A stretch of 64,000 nucleotides of DNA from an uncultured delta proteobacterium (GCA_963827685.1 CAWHBU010000003.1:1056001-1120000), one strand, 5' to 3'. Shown: positions 39,839 to 51,407, counted from the stretch's first letter. A program made the numbers and translations. Notes: generated from the sequence alone by a model not told the origin.

Positions 39839-40762
39839 TTAGTAGTTTACTTTGTCTATCCCTTTCAGACCAAGAATCTTTCTTGCTTCGTCGGGAGTTA
39901 CCGGTTCAACGCCAAACTCTTTGGCAATTCGAACCATCTTCGCCACTTGTTCGGCATTACTCTTTGCCATCACCCCCTTCTCTAAATAGAGGTTGTCTTC
40001 CAGTCCGACGCGGCAGTTTCCGCCGACGAGCAATGATTGAGTGCATATTGGAAACTGGGCGCGACCTGCAACACAAACCGAGAATACGAAATCGCCAATC
40101 TGTCTGCGGGCGTAGTCAATAAGGAACAACAGATTTTCCGGGCTGGGGGTGATTCCTCCCAGAACTCCCATGACGAATTGGATGTAAACAGGCTTTTTAA
40201 TGTAGCCGGCCTGAATCATGAAAGCAACGTTGTTCACCATTCCGGCATCGTACATTTCAAGCTCCGGCTTTGTCCCGCACTCGTTAAATATGGCGCAGTA
40301 CTCTCTCATCGATTTGAACGTATTTGGGAAAATGGAATCTTCACTCTTTGTCAGGCGCTCTTTTTCCCATTCGAACTTCCATCCTTTATATCGCGAAATT
40401 AACGGGAATAAAGCAAAATTGATGGAGCCGGCATTCAATGAAGCGAGCTCCGGCTGATAAAGCTTCACGGGCACTACGCGCTGCTCTACGGTCATTCCCG
40501 CTGAGCCGCCGGTGCTAATGCAAATGACTACATTACAGCGGCTTTTGATGCTTGTGATGATCTCTTTGAAAAGGTTAAGGTCAAAAGAGGGCTCTCCTGT
40601 TTTGGGATTCCGGGCATGGACGTGACAAACCGCCGCTCCGGCTTCGTACGCCCGGATTGCTTCATCGGCAATCTCTTTAGGCGTGATGGGGAGATAAGAT
40701 GACATGGTTGGCGTGTGAATGCTTCCCGTAATGGCCGCAGTAATAATGACCTTATCCTTCAT
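39839..40762 (-). CDS. Beta-keto acid cleavage enzyme (BKACE/Kce family)
   Basis: IITAAITG, LPITP, HVHAR, KPELE and RVGLEDN motifs. Confidence 0.93.
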   Translation of the reverse strand: MKDKVIITAAITGSIHTPTMSSYLPITPKEIADEAIRAYEAGAAVCHVHARNPKTGEPSFDLNLFKEIITSIKSRCNVVICISTGGSAGMTVEQRVVPVKLYQPELASLNAGSINFALFPLISRYKGWKFEWEKERLTKSEDSIFPNTFKSMREYCAIFNECGTKPELEMYDAGMVNNVAFMIQAGYIKKPVYIQFVMGVLGGITPSPENLLFLIDYARRQIGDFVFSVCVAGRAQFPICTQSLLVGGNCRVGLEDNLYLEKGVMAKSNAEQVAKMVRIAKEFGVEPVTPDEARKILGLKGIDKVNY

Positions 40763-40848
40763 ACGGTTTAGCTCCTTTCATTCTATTCATTGATTTTCAG
40801 GCCTCGAGCCCGGTTGCACTGGAGATCTAACGTAGGTAGATAATACCT

Positions 40849-41775
40849 TTATTTTTTCGGATTCAAGAAGTCAGGCCGGAGAAACTCCGGATTCGGATAC
40901 GTATAGAATCCCTTCCCAGTCTTTATACCCAATTCACCTTTCCTTATCTTTTTCATCAGTGCCTCAGGCGGCTTATCTTTGGAATCTTTCGATTCGTTGT
41001 AATAGACCATTTCGATGTTATAGACGGTATCCAAACCAACTGAATCCATCATCCCAAAAGGCCCAACGTTCCGTCCTGTAAAGACACACCAGGCCCGATC
41101 GATATCCCGGAAATCAACAAAATCATTGGCCCACATAAACAGACATTGTTTTTTAATTGCCCTCCAGACGCTGTTGAAGCAGAAGCCAAGGATTTCCTTT
41201 TTTACCCTCAGTGGAATACACCCCAGTGAACGAATCCATTCTTCAGCTTTTTGCATCACCTCGGGAAGGGTCCTTGTGCCAGGCATGAGATCCGTAATGT
41301 TTGTTCCTCCCAAGGGATAATAAAAGTGGGTGTTGATGCACCTCTCCGGTCTGCCGCTGCTTTGTTCCATCCTTGATATGGGGAGAGAAGAGCTATTCGA
41401 GGCTAAGATTGCCTTAGCCGGTGCATTCTTCCCCAATTGTTTGAAGACTTTGCGTTTTACTTCCAAGTCTTCCGTGATCGCTTCCACAACCAAATCAACA
41501 TCTCTAAGCGCATCGCCGAGATGAGTTGTAAAGTTTATGGCGGCCTTACACTTCTCCCACTGATCCCAAGGAACAAAGGGCTTGATCCCTTTTGCCCTGA
41601 AATCTGCATAAAGTTTCTGATAGGTGTCATCAAAGGCACCATCTCTGATGTCATAGACGCTAACGTTATAGCCTGCGTATGCTGATAGCATTGAAATCTG
41701 CGTACCCAAGAGGCCGGTGCCAATCACGGCCACTCTTTTGATCTTTTCAGTCATAAACCTCTCCTTATTTATCAT
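40849..41775 (-). CDS. 3-hydroxyacyl-CoA dehydrogenase family protein
   Basis: GTGLLG, EAITED...K, SNSSS, HFYYP and GIKTGKGFY motifs. Confidence 0.92.
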   Translation of the reverse strand: MINKERFMTEKIKRVAVIGTGLLGTQISMLSAYAGYNVSVYDIRDGAFDDTYQKLYADFRAKGIKPFVPWDQWEKCKAAINFTTHLGDALRDVDLVVEAITEDLEVKRKVFKQLGKNAPAKAILASNSSSLPISRMEQSSGRPERCINTHFYYPLGGTNITDLMPGTRTLPEVMQKAEEWIRSLGCIPLRVKKEILGFCFNSVWRAIKKQCLFMWANDFVDFRDIDRAWCVFTGRNVGPFGMMDSVGLDTVYNIEMVYYNESKDSKDKPPEALMKKIRKGELGIKTGKGFYTYPNPEFLRPDFLNPKK

Positions 41776-42015
41776 TTATCTGAGAAAAAGAGCAGAAGCC
41801 TGGAAGCCCGCCATCCCCTCCAGAACCGTTCTATGACAACTTCTGATCACTCTCTGTCAACTCGTCTCGGATTCCCAGTCTCTCTAAAGGGGACGGCTAC
41901 TTTGTCCGTCGGGATTATAACAGGCTTATCTGCAAAGGGGAAGGACAAGATCCTTGACACCGCCTGAGGTTGACTCCAAGGTTCAAATCTGATACTTAAA
42001 TAGAAAGGGCATTGA

Positions 42016-42504
42016 ATGAAACAAAAAATCAAGGCACGAAAAGAGCTTCTTGGAATTATTAACGACCTCAAGGCAGAAGGAAAACGGGTTGTCTTCACCA
42101 ATGGTTGTTTTGACCTGCTCCACATCGGTCATATCCGCTATCTTGAAGAAGCCAAAGCCCTCGGAGATGTCCTGGTCGTAGGGGTCAACAGCGACGCTTC
42201 AGTCCGAAAACTGAAAGGCCCAAAAAGACCTGTTCTCCCCGAAGCAGAGAGGGCAGAAATTCTTTCCGGCCTCGGGTGTGTCGATTATATTACCCTCTTT
42301 GATGAAATGGATCCATTGAAACTCATCACCTCCCTCCAGCCCAATGTACTGGTCAAGGGAGGGGATTGGACAAAAGAACAAATTGTGGGAAAGGAAGTGG
42401 TAGAAAGGTCAGGAGGGGAAGTGGTCATCATTCCTTTCGTCAAAGGGGCTTCTACCTCAACCCTTATCGAAACCATCTTGAAAAAATATGAAAAAAGGAC
42501 CTGA
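42016..42504 (+). CDS. rfaE2: D-glycero-beta-D-manno-heptose-1-phosphate adenylyltransferase
   Basis: [20 protein letters not shown] and KGGDW motifs. Confidence 0.95.
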   Translation: MKQKIKARKELLGIINDLKAEGKRVVFTNGCFDLLHIGHIRYLEEAKALGDVLVVGVNSDASVRKLKGPKRPVLPEAERAEILSGLGCVDYITLFDEMDPLKLITSLQPNVLVKGGDWTKEQIVGKEVVERSGGEVVIIPFVKGASTSTLIETILKKYEKRT

Positions 42505-44851
42505 AAAAGACCTCTTATCACTTCCGGAATCCCTTCCCCTGCTTCCTGTTAGAGACATCGTGGTCTTTCCCTACATGGTTCTTCCTCTTTTTATCAATCG
42601 GGAAAAATCGATCAAATCTTTAGAGGAAGCCCTTTCTAAAGACCGCCTGATCTTCCTGGTCGCTCAGAAAAAACTCTCCGAAGAAGACCCTTCTCCCAAA
42701 GATCTTTACCGAGTGGGGACGGTGGCCGCCGTCATGAAGATGCTCAAACTGCCTGATGGAAAGGTCAAGATCCTTGTCCAGGGACTCTCCAAGGCTTCCA
42801 TCAAAGAAACCCTCCAGACGACGCCCTATCTCCTTGTCAGAGTAGAGAATATTAAAGATCCTTTCATCACAGAGATCACTCTTGAGACAGAAGCCCTGAT
42901 GAGAAATGTCAGAGAACAATTGGAGCGGATCGTCTCCTACGGCAAACTCCTCTCCCCGGATCTGATGTTCGTCCTCGAAAGTGTCGATGACCCAGGGAGG
43001 TTGGCCGACTTAGTGGCCTCCAACCTGGAACTCACGGTTGAAAAAGCCCAGGAGATTTTAGAAATCCTTGACCCCGTGGAAAGGCTGAAGACATTGAACG
43101 AGCTTCTTGGAAAAGAGGTCCAGGTCCTCACCATGCAAGCCAAGATTCAGTCTCAGGCCAAAGAAGAAATGACCAAAACGCAGAGGGAATATTTTCTTCG
43201 AGAACAGATGAGGGCGATTCGAAGCGAACTGGGTGAGGTGGATGAACGCACAGACGAGATCAAGACCCTCCGGCAGAAGATCAAAAAGTCGAAGATGCCC
43301 AAAGAGGTTGAGAAGGAGGCCCGACGAGAACTGGAGCGATTGGAGCAGATGCATCCCGATGCTGCCGAGGCCTCCATGGTGCGCACTTATCTTGACTGGC
43401 TAATTGAAATGCCCTGGTCAATCGCGACCACGGATAACCTCGATCTTCAAAAGGCAAAAAAAGTCTTGGACGAGGACCATTACGATTTAGAAAAGGTGAA
43501 AGAGCGAATTTTAGAATACCTGAGTGTCCACAAATTGAAAAAAAAGATGAAAGGGCCTATCCTCTGCTTCATCGGACCTCCTGGGGTCGGAAAAACCTCT
43601 TTGGGGAGATCGATCGCCAGAGCCCTGGGAAGAAAATTCGTCAGAATCTCTCTGGGAGGGATTAGAGATGAAGCTGAGATCCGCGGCCACCGTCGGACCT
43701 ACGTCGGTGCTTTGCCAGGCCGGATCATTCAGTCGATTAAGCAGGCCGGAAGTAATAATCCGGTTTTCATGATGGATGAGGTGGATAAAATCGGCATCGA
43801 CTTCCGGGGAGACCCAGCCTCTGCTCTCTTGGAGGTTCTCGATCCAGAACAGAACAACGCCTTTAGTGACCACTATCTCAATGTCCCCTTCGACCTTTCT
43901 CGGGTGATGTTCATCACCACAGGGAATTTGACCGATCCCATCCCCTCTGCTCTCAAAGATCGGATGGAAGTGATTAACCTCCCTGGATACACCGACCTGG
44001 AGAAACTGAAGATCGCACATACCTTTCTCCTCCCTCGGCAGATGGAAGAAAACGGGATCAATCCGAAGATGCTTGAAATTTCTGATAAAGCCATTCTCCA
44101 GATGATCTCGCAATATACTCAGGAGGCAGGCCTTCGCAACCTCGAGAGGGAACTGGCTTCTATTTGCAGAAAAGTGGCCCGGAAAGTTGCGGAAGGAAAG
44201 AAGGAGAAGACCAAAATCAATACAAAGAACCTCCACCAATTCTTGGGACCTCCCCCTTACTTGCCAGATGAAGAACAGAAACGTAATGAGGTCGGTGTGG
44301 CCACAGGCCTGGCTTGGACAGAGAGCGGCGGAGAAATTCTCCATGTGGAGGCCTCTACCACTCCGGGCAAAGGCTCGCTCATCCTCACCGGTCATCTCGG
44401 AGACGTAATGAAAGAGTCAGCACAGGCCGCGCTCACCTATGCTCGATCTAAAGGAAAGTCTTATCGGATCAATCCCAATGCTCTTAACAATAAAGAGATC
44501 CATATTCATGTCCCTGCAGGCGCCATCCCAAAAGACGGACCTTCTGCTGGCATTACTATGGCGGTTGCCATCTTCTCTGCCCTCACGGGTATCGCCGTCA
44601 AGAAGGATGTCGCCATGACGGGCGAGATCACGCTGAGAGGGAGAGTTCTGCCGGTCGGAGGCTTGAAGGAAAAAGCCCTCGCCGCCCTCCGAAACAAAGT
44701 CAAAGATGTCATCATTCCCTATCTGAACAAAAAGGACTTCATCGATCTTCCTTTATACGTCCGAAAGAAAATCAACTTTATCCCCGTCAGACACATGGAC
44801 GAAGTGTTGAAGATCGCCCTAACCAACAAAAGAGTTAAGAGTTCGAGTTAA
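42488..44851 (+). CDS. lon: Lon protease
   Basis: [14 protein letters not shown] and PKDGPSAG motifs. Confidence 0.98.
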   Translation: MKKGPEKDLLSLPESLPLLPVRDIVVFPYMVLPLFINREKSIKSLEEALSKDRLIFLVAQKKLSEEDPSPKDLYRVGTVAAVMKMLKLPDGKVKILVQGLSKASIKETLQTTPYLLVRVENIKDPFITEITLETEALMRNVREQLERIVSYGKLLSPDLMFVLESVDDPGRLADLVASNLELTVEKAQEILEILDPVERLKTLNELLGKEVQVLTMQAKIQSQAKEEMTKTQREYFLREQMRAIRSELGEVDERTDEIKTLRQKIKKSKMPKEVEKEARRELERLEQMHPDAAEASMVRTYLDWLIEMPWSIATTDNLDLQKAKKVLDEDHYDLEKVKERILEYLSVHKLKKKMKGPILCFIGPPGVGKTSLGRSIARALGRKFVRISLGGIRDEAEIRGHRRTYVGALPGRIIQSIKQAGSNNPVFMMDEVDKIGIDFRGDPASALLEVLDPEQNNAFSDHYLNVPFDLSRVMFITTGNLTDPIPSALKDRMEVINLPGYTDLEKLKIAHTFLLPRQMEENGINPKMLEISDKAILQMISQYTQEAGLRNLERELASICRKVARKVAEGKKEKTKINTKNLHQFLGPPPYLPDEEQKRNEVGVATGLAWTESGGEILHVEASTTPGKGSLILTGHLGDVMKESAQAALTYARSKGKSYRINPNALNNKEIHIHVPAGAIPKDGPSAGITMAVAIFSALTGIAVKKDVAMTGEITLRGRVLPVGGLKEKALAALRNKVKDVIIPYLNKKDFIDLPLYVRKKINFIPVRHMDEVLKIALTNKRVKSSS

Positions 44852-44861
44852 GCGTTCGGAG

Positions 44862-45878
44862 TTGAAAGTGACTGGAAAAGTCCTTCAGGAAATCGGTGAG
44901 TTCGGGCTCATCGATCGAATCCGAAAAGGAATAACCTCCTCTGATCCTGCATTGGTCCAAGGGATCGGTGATGATGTCGCTGTCGTTGAGGTGGAAAAGA
45001 TGGGGACAAAGGCCTTGCTCGTCACGACCGATATCCTTATCGAAGACATCCATTTTGATCTGTCCTGGACCGATCCTTCCGAGCTTGGAAGGAAAGCCCT
45101 CGCTGTCAACCTCAGTGATATTGCTTCCATGGGAGGGGTTCCAAAATATTTCCTCATCTCCCTCGGCCTGCCGAAGAATCTTTCTCTTTCCTTTGTCTCC
45201 TCGTTTTATCGTGGCCTAAAAAAGGAAGCAAAACGATTTCGGGTGGAACTGATTGGAGGAGATACCTCCCTTTCTAAGAAAATCGTCATCAACATCTGCC
45301 TCTTAGGCGAAGGAAGAAAAAAAGATCTCCTTTTCAGGAGAGGGGCAAGGGTGGGTGATGACCTCTTTGTCTCCGGGACGCTGGGCGATGCCGCTCTGGG
45401 ACTAAAAATTCTCCAAAAGAAAGGAAAAATAAAGGGAGCTGAAGGATTGATCAGAAAACATCTCTCTCCCTGCCCAAGAGTCGAACTGGGTCAAGCGATT
45501 GCCAAACGTCATTGGGCTACCGCCATGATCGATGTCAGTGACGGTTTGTTGATCGATACCTCTCATCTCTCACAAGAGAGCGGGGTTGGCGTCCGGGTCT
45601 GGGAGGGTAGAATTCCTCTTTCCAAGCTCTATCAGAAATGGATCCGTTATTGGTCAAAGGATCCTTTTCAACTCGCCCTTTCGGGAGGAGAGGACTATGA
45701 ACTCCTTTTCACCGCCCCGCCTGAAATGAGGGAGAGGATTTCTTCTCTCGCCCGTTCACTCAGGATCCCGATCACCCGTATCGGAGAAATTCTTCCTATC
45801 AAAGAGGGACTTCGCATTATCAAAGAAGACGGAAAAGATTATTCCCCGTCTCGTTTTGGGTTTGAACATTTCAAATAA
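44862..45878 (+). CDS. thiL: Thiamine-monophosphate kinase
   Basis: GEFGLI, GIGDD, NLSDIASMG, DVSDGL and GGEDYEL motifs. Confidence 0.96.
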   Translation: MKVTGKVLQEIGEFGLIDRIRKGITSSDPALVQGIGDDVAVVEVEKMGTKALLVTTDILIEDIHFDLSWTDPSELGRKALAVNLSDIASMGGVPKYFLISLGLPKNLSLSFVSSFYRGLKKEAKRFRVELIGGDTSLSKKIVINICLLGEGRKKDLLFRRGARVGDDLFVSGTLGDAALGLKILQKKGKIKGAEGLIRKHLSPCPRVELGQAIAKRHWATAMIDVSDGLLIDTSHLSQESGVGVRVWEGRIPLSKLYQKWIRYWSKDPFQLALSGGEDYELLFTAPPEMRERISSLARSLRIPITRIGEILPIKEGLRIIKEDGKDYSPSRFGFEHFK

Positions 45879-45930
45879 ATTTCAGGAGACGATGAAATTT
45901 AGGGATTTAGGAATCCCGATATAATCAGGT

Positions 45931-46006
45931 CATTGGGGTTGCTTGTGTTGCTTGAGTTCCTTGGGTTGACTCAATAACCCAATAAACTCAGCTGACTCAA
46001 CAAACC
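45931..46006. repeat. Inverted pair of about 9-mer tandem arrays
   Basis: TTGGGGTTG CTTGTGTTG CTTGAGTTC CTTGGGTTG ... AACCCAATA AACTCAG; related to 61672-61808. Confidence 0.7.
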
Positions 46007-46043
46007 TCTAAATTCTAACCAATGTTTTAAGCAGGGGAAGCCG

Positions 46044-47045
46044 ATGAAAACCTATATCAACGATATCAAAGAGAATGATCAAGTCGAATCCCTCTTTCTG
46101 GTTAAAGAGAAATCTTCTGGGATCACCAAAACTGGAAACACCTACCTGAAATTGAAATTGGTGGACCGCTCTGGAGAAATGGAAGGTAGGATTTGGACAC
46201 TTGCGGAAAACTTCGCTGAACGCTTTGAGAGGGATGATTTTGTCCATCTGACGGGAAAGGCAGTCTCCTTTCAGGAGCACCTTCAATTGAACATCACCCA
46301 TATTGAAAGAGTAAGGGAAGAAGAAATTCTTTTTTCAGACTTCTTCCCCGTGGCAGAAAAAGATATTGACGAGATGTTCCAATCCCTTTTAGAAGCCAGC
46401 CGGCAGATTGAGAACCCGCACCTCAGCCGACTTCTCCAGCTCTTCTGGGAAGATGAATCCTTTGTCAAGCTTTTCAAAATGGCCCCTGCGTCCAAGTGGC
46501 TCCATCACAATTATTTGGGGGGCCTCTTAGAACACACCCTGTCCCTGGTACAACTGGCATTAATAAACGCCAGCCATTACAATGGGTTGAACTTGGACCT
46601 TTTGCTCACAGCCTCCATCCTACACGACCTGGGTAAAGTGGATGAACTCTCTTACCACCGATCCTTCGACTATTCAGATGAAGGTAGACTCCTCGGCCAT
46701 ATTATCCTCGGGATAGAAAGGGTGGAGGATAAAATCCGCCAACTCCCTGATTTTCCAACGGACCTTTCCATGCTGCTAAAGCACTTCCTCCTCAGCCACC
46801 ATGGTCAATATATGTGGGGCTCACCAAAAAGGCCGATGACCTTGGAAGCGGTGATGCTCCATTTCCTGGATGATATGGATGCAAAAATTAATGGGATTCA
46901 ACAATTTATTAAAAAACAGGTTCCAGAGGGATCCAGGTGGAGCGCCTACCACCGTACATTTGAGCAATATTTTTATGTGCCCGGTTTTGGGGATCAGATG
47001 GAACCACCCGATAAGATTGAGAAAAACAAATTAGAAGAGGAATGA
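46044..47045 (+). CDS. YhaM-family 3'-5' exoribonuclease (OB + HD domains)
   Basis: N-terminal OB fold; HH...GGLLEH, LHDLGK, GH, SHHG and DDMD motifs. Confidence 0.92.
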   Translation: MKTYINDIKENDQVESLFLVKEKSSGITKTGNTYLKLKLVDRSGEMEGRIWTLAENFAERFERDDFVHLTGKAVSFQEHLQLNITHIERVREEEILFSDFFPVAEKDIDEMFQSLLEASRQIENPHLSRLLQLFWEDESFVKLFKMAPASKWLHHNYLGGLLEHTLSLVQLALINASHYNGLNLDLLLTASILHDLGKVDELSYHRSFDYSDEGRLLGHIILGIERVEDKIRQLPDFPTDLSMLLKHFLLSHHGQYMWGSPKRPMTLEAVMLHFLDDMDAKINGIQQFIKKQVPEGSRWSAYHRTFEQYFYVPGFGDQMEPPDKIEKNKLEEE

Positions 47046-47062
47046 TTGAATCTCTCATTTTC

Positions 47063-47091
47063 TTGACAAACCGTCCCTCCGTTATTATCTT
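47063..47091 (+). promoter_or_regulatory. Sigma70-type promoter of hrcA
   Basis: TTGACA-17 bp-TATCTT. Confidence 0.6.
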
Positions 47092-47164
47092 AAGAGCACG
47101 AAAAGAATTATATTTTAGGCATTTCGTTCTGGCTTATTTAGCTTAAGAAAAGGAGAAAGATCAG

Positions 47165-48199
47165 ATGGGTTTTTCCCTTTCCGAAAGAATGAGGCGGATC
47201 TTAGAGGCTATTATTGAGGATTACATTCTCACGGCAGAACCTGTGGGTTCAAGGACGATTTCTAAAAAATCGGACCTCAACCTTAGCCCTGCGACCATAC
47301 GGAATATTATGTCGGACTTGGAGGAGTTGGGTTTACTTTCTCAACCTTACACCTCAGCGGGGAGGATGCCCACGGAGAGGGGACTTCGCTTTTACGTCGA
47401 TTCCATTATCAATATCCACGAACTCAGTAATCAGGAACAACAGGAGATACGATCCAAATATTTGAGTCCTCTTATGGAGGGGCCAGATCTTTTCAGGGAG
47501 ACCTCTCGAATCCTTTCCTTATCCTCTCATTATTTAGGAATTGTCTGGACACCCCGGATGAGCTCGGTCGTGCTGCGACATATTGAGTTTGTGAAATTGA
47601 GAAGACATTTGGTTCTGGCTATTTTAGTGAGCACAACGGGTTTGGTTCACAATCGGATTATCGAAGTAGAGGAAGATTTTTCGCAATCCGAATTAGACGA
47701 TCTCTCAGATTATTTGAATAGTTTTTTGGCGGGCCTCACCCTTTATCAGGTGAGAGACAAACTCCTGGAGCAGATGAGGGTAGCCAAAAATGCTTACGAT
47801 CGTCTGCTTGAACAGGCGCTCAAATTGGGAGAAAAAGCCTTTTCCTCCCTCGATGACACCGATGTTTTTATCGAGGGAAAGACAAATATCCTGAATGAGC
47901 CTGAGTTCAGTAATGTTTCGAGAATGACCGATCTCTTTCGGACGTTTGAGGAAAAAGCCACCATGGTGAAGCTCTTGGATAAATTTTTGGATCCGAAAGG
48001 GGTCCAAATTGCAATCGGCTCTGAGAGTCAGGTTCAGGAAATGGAAACCTGCAGTGTGGTCACCTCTACTTATGGTTGTAGTGGAGAGGTATTGGGTGTT
48101 TTAGGGGTTATCGGGCCTCGGAGAATGAACTATTCGAAAGTGATCCCTCTGGTAGGATATACGGCTAAACTTCTCACGGAGATCCTGGAGACACAATAG
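47165..48199 (+). CDS. hrcA: Heat-inducible transcription repressor
   Basis: EPVGSR, SPATIRNIM, TSAGRMPT and GVIGPRRMNY motifs. Confidence 0.97.
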   Translation: MGFSLSERMRRILEAIIEDYILTAEPVGSRTISKKSDLNLSPATIRNIMSDLEELGLLSQPYTSAGRMPTERGLRFYVDSIINIHELSNQEQQEIRSKYLSPLMEGPDLFRETSRILSLSSHYLGIVWTPRMSSVVLRHIEFVKLRRHLVLAILVSTTGLVHNRIIEVEEDFSQSELDDLSDYLNSFLAGLTLYQVRDKLLEQMRVAKNAYDRLLEQALKLGEKAFSSLDDTDVFIEGKTNILNEPEFSNVSRMTDLFRTFEEKATMVKLLDKFLDPKGVQIAIGSESQVQEMETCSVVTSTYGCSGEVLGVLGVIGPRRMNYSKVIPLVGYTAKLLTEILETQ

Positions 48200-48292
48200 A
48201 TTTCCCTCTCCATTGAGCCCTATCTTCTTGTGAAAGAATTATTTCTAAGGGAAAAAGGATCCTGAATCGAGGCAAAGGCAGGAGTAGAAAAG

Positions 48293-48922
48293 ATGGAGAA
48301 AAGAGAGATTAAGAAAAGGGATCAAAACCAAAAGGGATCGGCAAAGAAAGACCAGGAAGATATCATCGAGACCATTGGTGAAGAGCTCCATTTACACTTA
48401 GAGGAAGAAAGTCAAGAGAAAGAAAAGGAGATTGAAGAACTTAAAACGATGTTGGAGGAGAAGGAAAAAGAGTTCAAGGAACATCATGACCGCTTGCTCA
48501 GGCTGGCAGCCGATTTTGAGAACTATAAAAAGAGGACGGCCAGAGAAAAAGAGGATTGGGGCAAATTTGCCAATGAAGATTTGATCAGGGCGATTCTCCC
48601 TTTCATCGATAATCTGGAGAGGGCACTCGATCACGCCCAAAAGGTAGCGGACACGGGGGTCTTGATCGAAGGAGTTCGATTGACCATTCAACAACTTCTT
48701 CAGACCCTTAACAAATTTGGACTTTCTTCTTTCCAATCTGTTGGAAAGCCCTTCGATCCGGCCGTGCACGAGGCGATGTTGGTCGTGGAAACAGACAAAC
48801 ATGAACCCAATCAAGTTGTGGAAGAGTTCCAGAAGGGCTACCTATTGAACGATCGACTCTTGCGGCCGGCAACCGTTTCCGTGTCGAAAGCCTCGGAAAA
48901 AGAGGTCCAGACATCGAAATGA
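48293..48922 (+). CDS. grpE: Nucleotide exchange factor GrpE
   Basis: ADFENYKKR, FDPAVHEA and GYLLNDRLLRPA motifs. Confidence 0.97.
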   Translation: MEKREIKKRDQNQKGSAKKDQEDIIETIGEELHLHLEEESQEKEKEIEELKTMLEEKEKEFKEHHDRLLRLAADFENYKKRTAREKEDWGKFANEDLIRAILPFIDNLERALDHAQKVADTGVLIEGVRLTIQQLLQTLNKFGLSSFQSVGKPFDPAVHEAMLVVETDKHEPNQVVEEFQKGYLLNDRLLRPATVSVSKASEKEVQTSK

Positions 48923-48927
48923 TTTTG

Positions 48928-49033
48928 AATTTACCCCGTTAGAAATTCCAACGGGGCAGGTAGGCGTAATTATTCTAAAATCTAACTAACCCCACTGCAG
49001 AGCAGCAGGGCATTATTTCTAACGGGGTAAATT
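48928..49033. mobile_element. ACCCCGTTAGAAA-family MITE between grpE and dnaK
   Basis: Perfect 19-bp IR AATTTACCCCGTTAGAAAT/ATTTCTAACGGGGTAAATT. Confidence 0.85.
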
Positions 49034-49052
49034 TTAAGGAGGGGAAATTAAA

Positions 49053-50969
49053 ATGGCAAAGACAATAGGAATTGATTTGGGAACAACCAACTCAGTGGTG
49101 GCCATCATGGAGGGAGGGGATCCCGTCGTTATCGCCAATCAGGAAGGGAGCCGGACGACTCCTTCTGTTGTCGCCTTTACCGATAAAGGCGAAAGGGTAG
49201 TAGGGCAAATTGCTAAACGTCAAGCAATTACCAACTCTGAGAATACCATCTTTTCAATCAAACGATTGATGGGAAGAAAATACTCGGACCCTGAGGTTCA
49301 GAAAGATTTGAAGATCCTTCCCTATAAAATTGTGGAAAATAAGAATGGGGATGCGTGGGTCAGGGTAAGGGATAAGGAGTATAGCCCCCCTGAAATCTCT
49401 GCTTTCGTCCTCCAGAAGATGAAGGAGACAGCCGAAGCCTATCTCGGCGAGAAGGTGACGGATGCTGTGATTACTGTTCCAGCTTATTTTAATGATAGTC
49501 AGCGTCAGGCCACGAAGGACGCAGGACGGATCGCAGGCTTGAATGTCATTCGGATCATCAATGAACCAACGGCTGCTTCCCTCGCCTATGGTCTCGAAAA
49601 GAAGAAGGATGAAAAGATTGCTGTCTTCGACTTAGGGGGTGGAACTTTTGACATTTCCATTCTCGAGTTGGGCGAAGGCGTCTTCGAGGTCAAATCGACC
49701 AATGGGAATACCCATCTGGGTGGAGATGATTTTGACCAACGTGTCATCGACTATTTAGCGGACGAGTTTAGAAAAGATCAGGGGATTGATCTGAGAAAAG
49801 ATCGGATGGCCCTTCAAAGGTTAAAAGAGGCTGCTGAAAAAGCAAAGATTGAACTCTCCAACATGATGGAGACAGACATCAATCTGCCCTTCATCACTGC
49901 CGACGCCTCAGGACCGAAGCATCTGAACATGAAATTGACCCGGGCCAAATTGGAAAAATTGACGGAGGATCTCATTGAAATGGTTGAAGGGCCATGCCGA
50001 CAGGCCGTTGCCGATTCTGGAATTGCAGGCAGGGACATCGATGAGGTCATTCTCGTTGGCGGGATGACCCGGATGCCTAAAGTTCAGGAGAAGGTGAAGC
50101 AAATCTTTGGGAAAGAGCCCAATAAGAGCGTTAACCCTGATGAGGCCGTAGGCATTGGCGCTGCAATTCAGGCTGGGGTCCTGAAGGGTGAGGTGAAGGA
50201 TGTGCTCCTCTTGGATGTCACCCCGCTCTCCCTTGGGATCGAGACACTCGGTGGAGTCTTTACCAAATTGATTGAAAGGAACACTACCATTCCATCGAAG
50301 AAGAGTCAGATCTTTTCAACCGCATCGGATAGCCAACCTGCGGTGACGATTCATGTCCTCCAGGGAGAACGAGAGATGGCCGCGGATAATAAAACTCTCG
50401 GCCAATTTGAACTGGTAGGGATTCCGCCCGCTCCCCGAGGTATTCCCCAGATCGAGGTCGCTTTTGATATTGATGCTAACGGAATCGTTCATGTCTCGGC
50501 AAAGGACCTTGGAACGGGTAAAGAACAATCCATAAAAATTACTGCTTCCAGTGGTCTCAACGAAGACGATATCAAAAAGATGGTCAAAGATGCCGAGGCC
50601 CATGCGTCAGAAGATAAGAAGAGACGGGAGCTTGCTGAAGCGAGAAACCAGCTCGATACGCTTATCTATTCGACCGAAAAATCCTTGAAGGAATACGGCG
50701 ATAAGGTCGATTCCGGAGAGAAACAGAATATCGAAGAGGCGGTGGCCAAAGCGAAAAAGGCGATGGAATTGAACGATCTGAGCGCCATCAAATCTGCCCA
50801 GGAAGAGCTCACCCGTTCTTCCCACAAATTGGCAGAGGCCATGTATGCCAAGGCTTCTCAAAAAGGAGCGGCCGGACCCGGTGCTGAGGCCGGCCCTCAG
50901 GAAGGTCCCCGACAAAAGACACAAGAAGATGTGGTCGATGCCGATTTCGAGGATGTGGGGAAGAAGTAA
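49053..50969 (+). CDS. dnaK: Chaperone DnaK
   Basis: [25 protein letters not shown] and VVDADFE motifs. Confidence 0.99.
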   Translation: MAKTIGIDLGTTNSVVAIMEGGDPVVIANQEGSRTTPSVVAFTDKGERVVGQIAKRQAITNSENTIFSIKRLMGRKYSDPEVQKDLKILPYKIVENKNGDAWVRVRDKEYSPPEISAFVLQKMKETAEAYLGEKVTDAVITVPAYFNDSQRQATKDAGRIAGLNVIRIINEPTAASLAYGLEKKKDEKIAVFDLGGGTFDISILELGEGVFEVKSTNGNTHLGGDDFDQRVIDYLADEFRKDQGIDLRKDRMALQRLKEAAEKAKIELSNMMETDINLPFITADASGPKHLNMKLTRAKLEKLTEDLIEMVEGPCRQAVADSGIAGRDIDEVILVGGMTRMPKVQEKVKQIFGKEPNKSVNPDEAVGIGAAIQAGVLKGEVKDVLLLDVTPLSLGIETLGGVFTKLIERNTTIPSKKSQIFSTASDSQPAVTIHVLQGEREMAADNKTLGQFELVGIPPAPRGIPQIEVAFDIDANGIVHVSAKDLGTGKEQSIKITASSGLNEDDIKKMVKDAEAHASEDKKRRELAEARNQLDTLIYSTEKSLKEYGDKVDSGEKQNIEEAVAKAKKAMELNDLSAIKSAQEELTRSSHKLAEAMYAKASQKGAAGPGAEAGPQEGPRQKTQEDVVDADFEDVGKK

Positions 50970-50989
50970 CATATTTTGATTTCTTTCTT

Positions 50990-51025
50990 AAAAAGGGCGA
51001 GGCGAAAACCCTCGCCCTTTTTTAT
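50990..51025 (+). terminator. Intrinsic terminator after dnaK
   Basis: AAAAAGGGCGAGG-loop-CCTCGCCCTTTTTT. Confidence 0.85.
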
Positions 51026-51228
51026 TTCACATCCCCTATCCTATTCATCATCCCTTTTTGGCTTGTCATCTCTCATGGATTCCCGTTTACAAGCCTGCGC
51101 GCAAGCACGAGAATGAGAGAATTGATGAAGTATACAGGTAGATTTGATTTTGTCGCATGATGGTGATAGATTCAAAAGCGTTCAAACTGAAATTTTTTTT
51201 CTCACATTAAAAAAGCCTTCCTAAGATC

Positions 51229-51384
51229 TCCCCTCCCCGGACGGGAGGGGATGAAGGGGAGGGGGAATTAAATTATTTTTGTCCACCCCCACCGTCCGGC
51301 GCCATAGTCTCAGTACTGACCTTGGCGTCATTGTGACGGCTCTGGACGGCGGCGCCCCTACCCTTCCCCATCAAGGGGGAGGGT
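51229..51384. repeat. CCCTCCCC/GGGGAGGG palindromic repeat with a nested 63-bp element
   Basis: The nested part (51292-51354) shares both ends with the reverse complement of 39549-39610. Confidence 0.75.
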
Positions 51385-51407
51385 ATAAACAACAGGGGGA
51401 AGATGAG

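Noticed and set aside
39839-41775. BKACE plus 3-hydroxyacyl-CoA dehydrogenase as a novel pathway
   Set aside because: This pairing is already known for the BKACE family, and the substrate cannot be inferred from sequence
43511-44395. Long antisense ORFs over lon, hemL, A2M and recQ
   Set aside because: No recognisable motifs; expected shadows of long conserved genes
51279-51407. 43-aa N-terminal extension of FtsY
   Set aside because: Derived from the upstream repeat; ATG 51408 gives a typical short FtsY start
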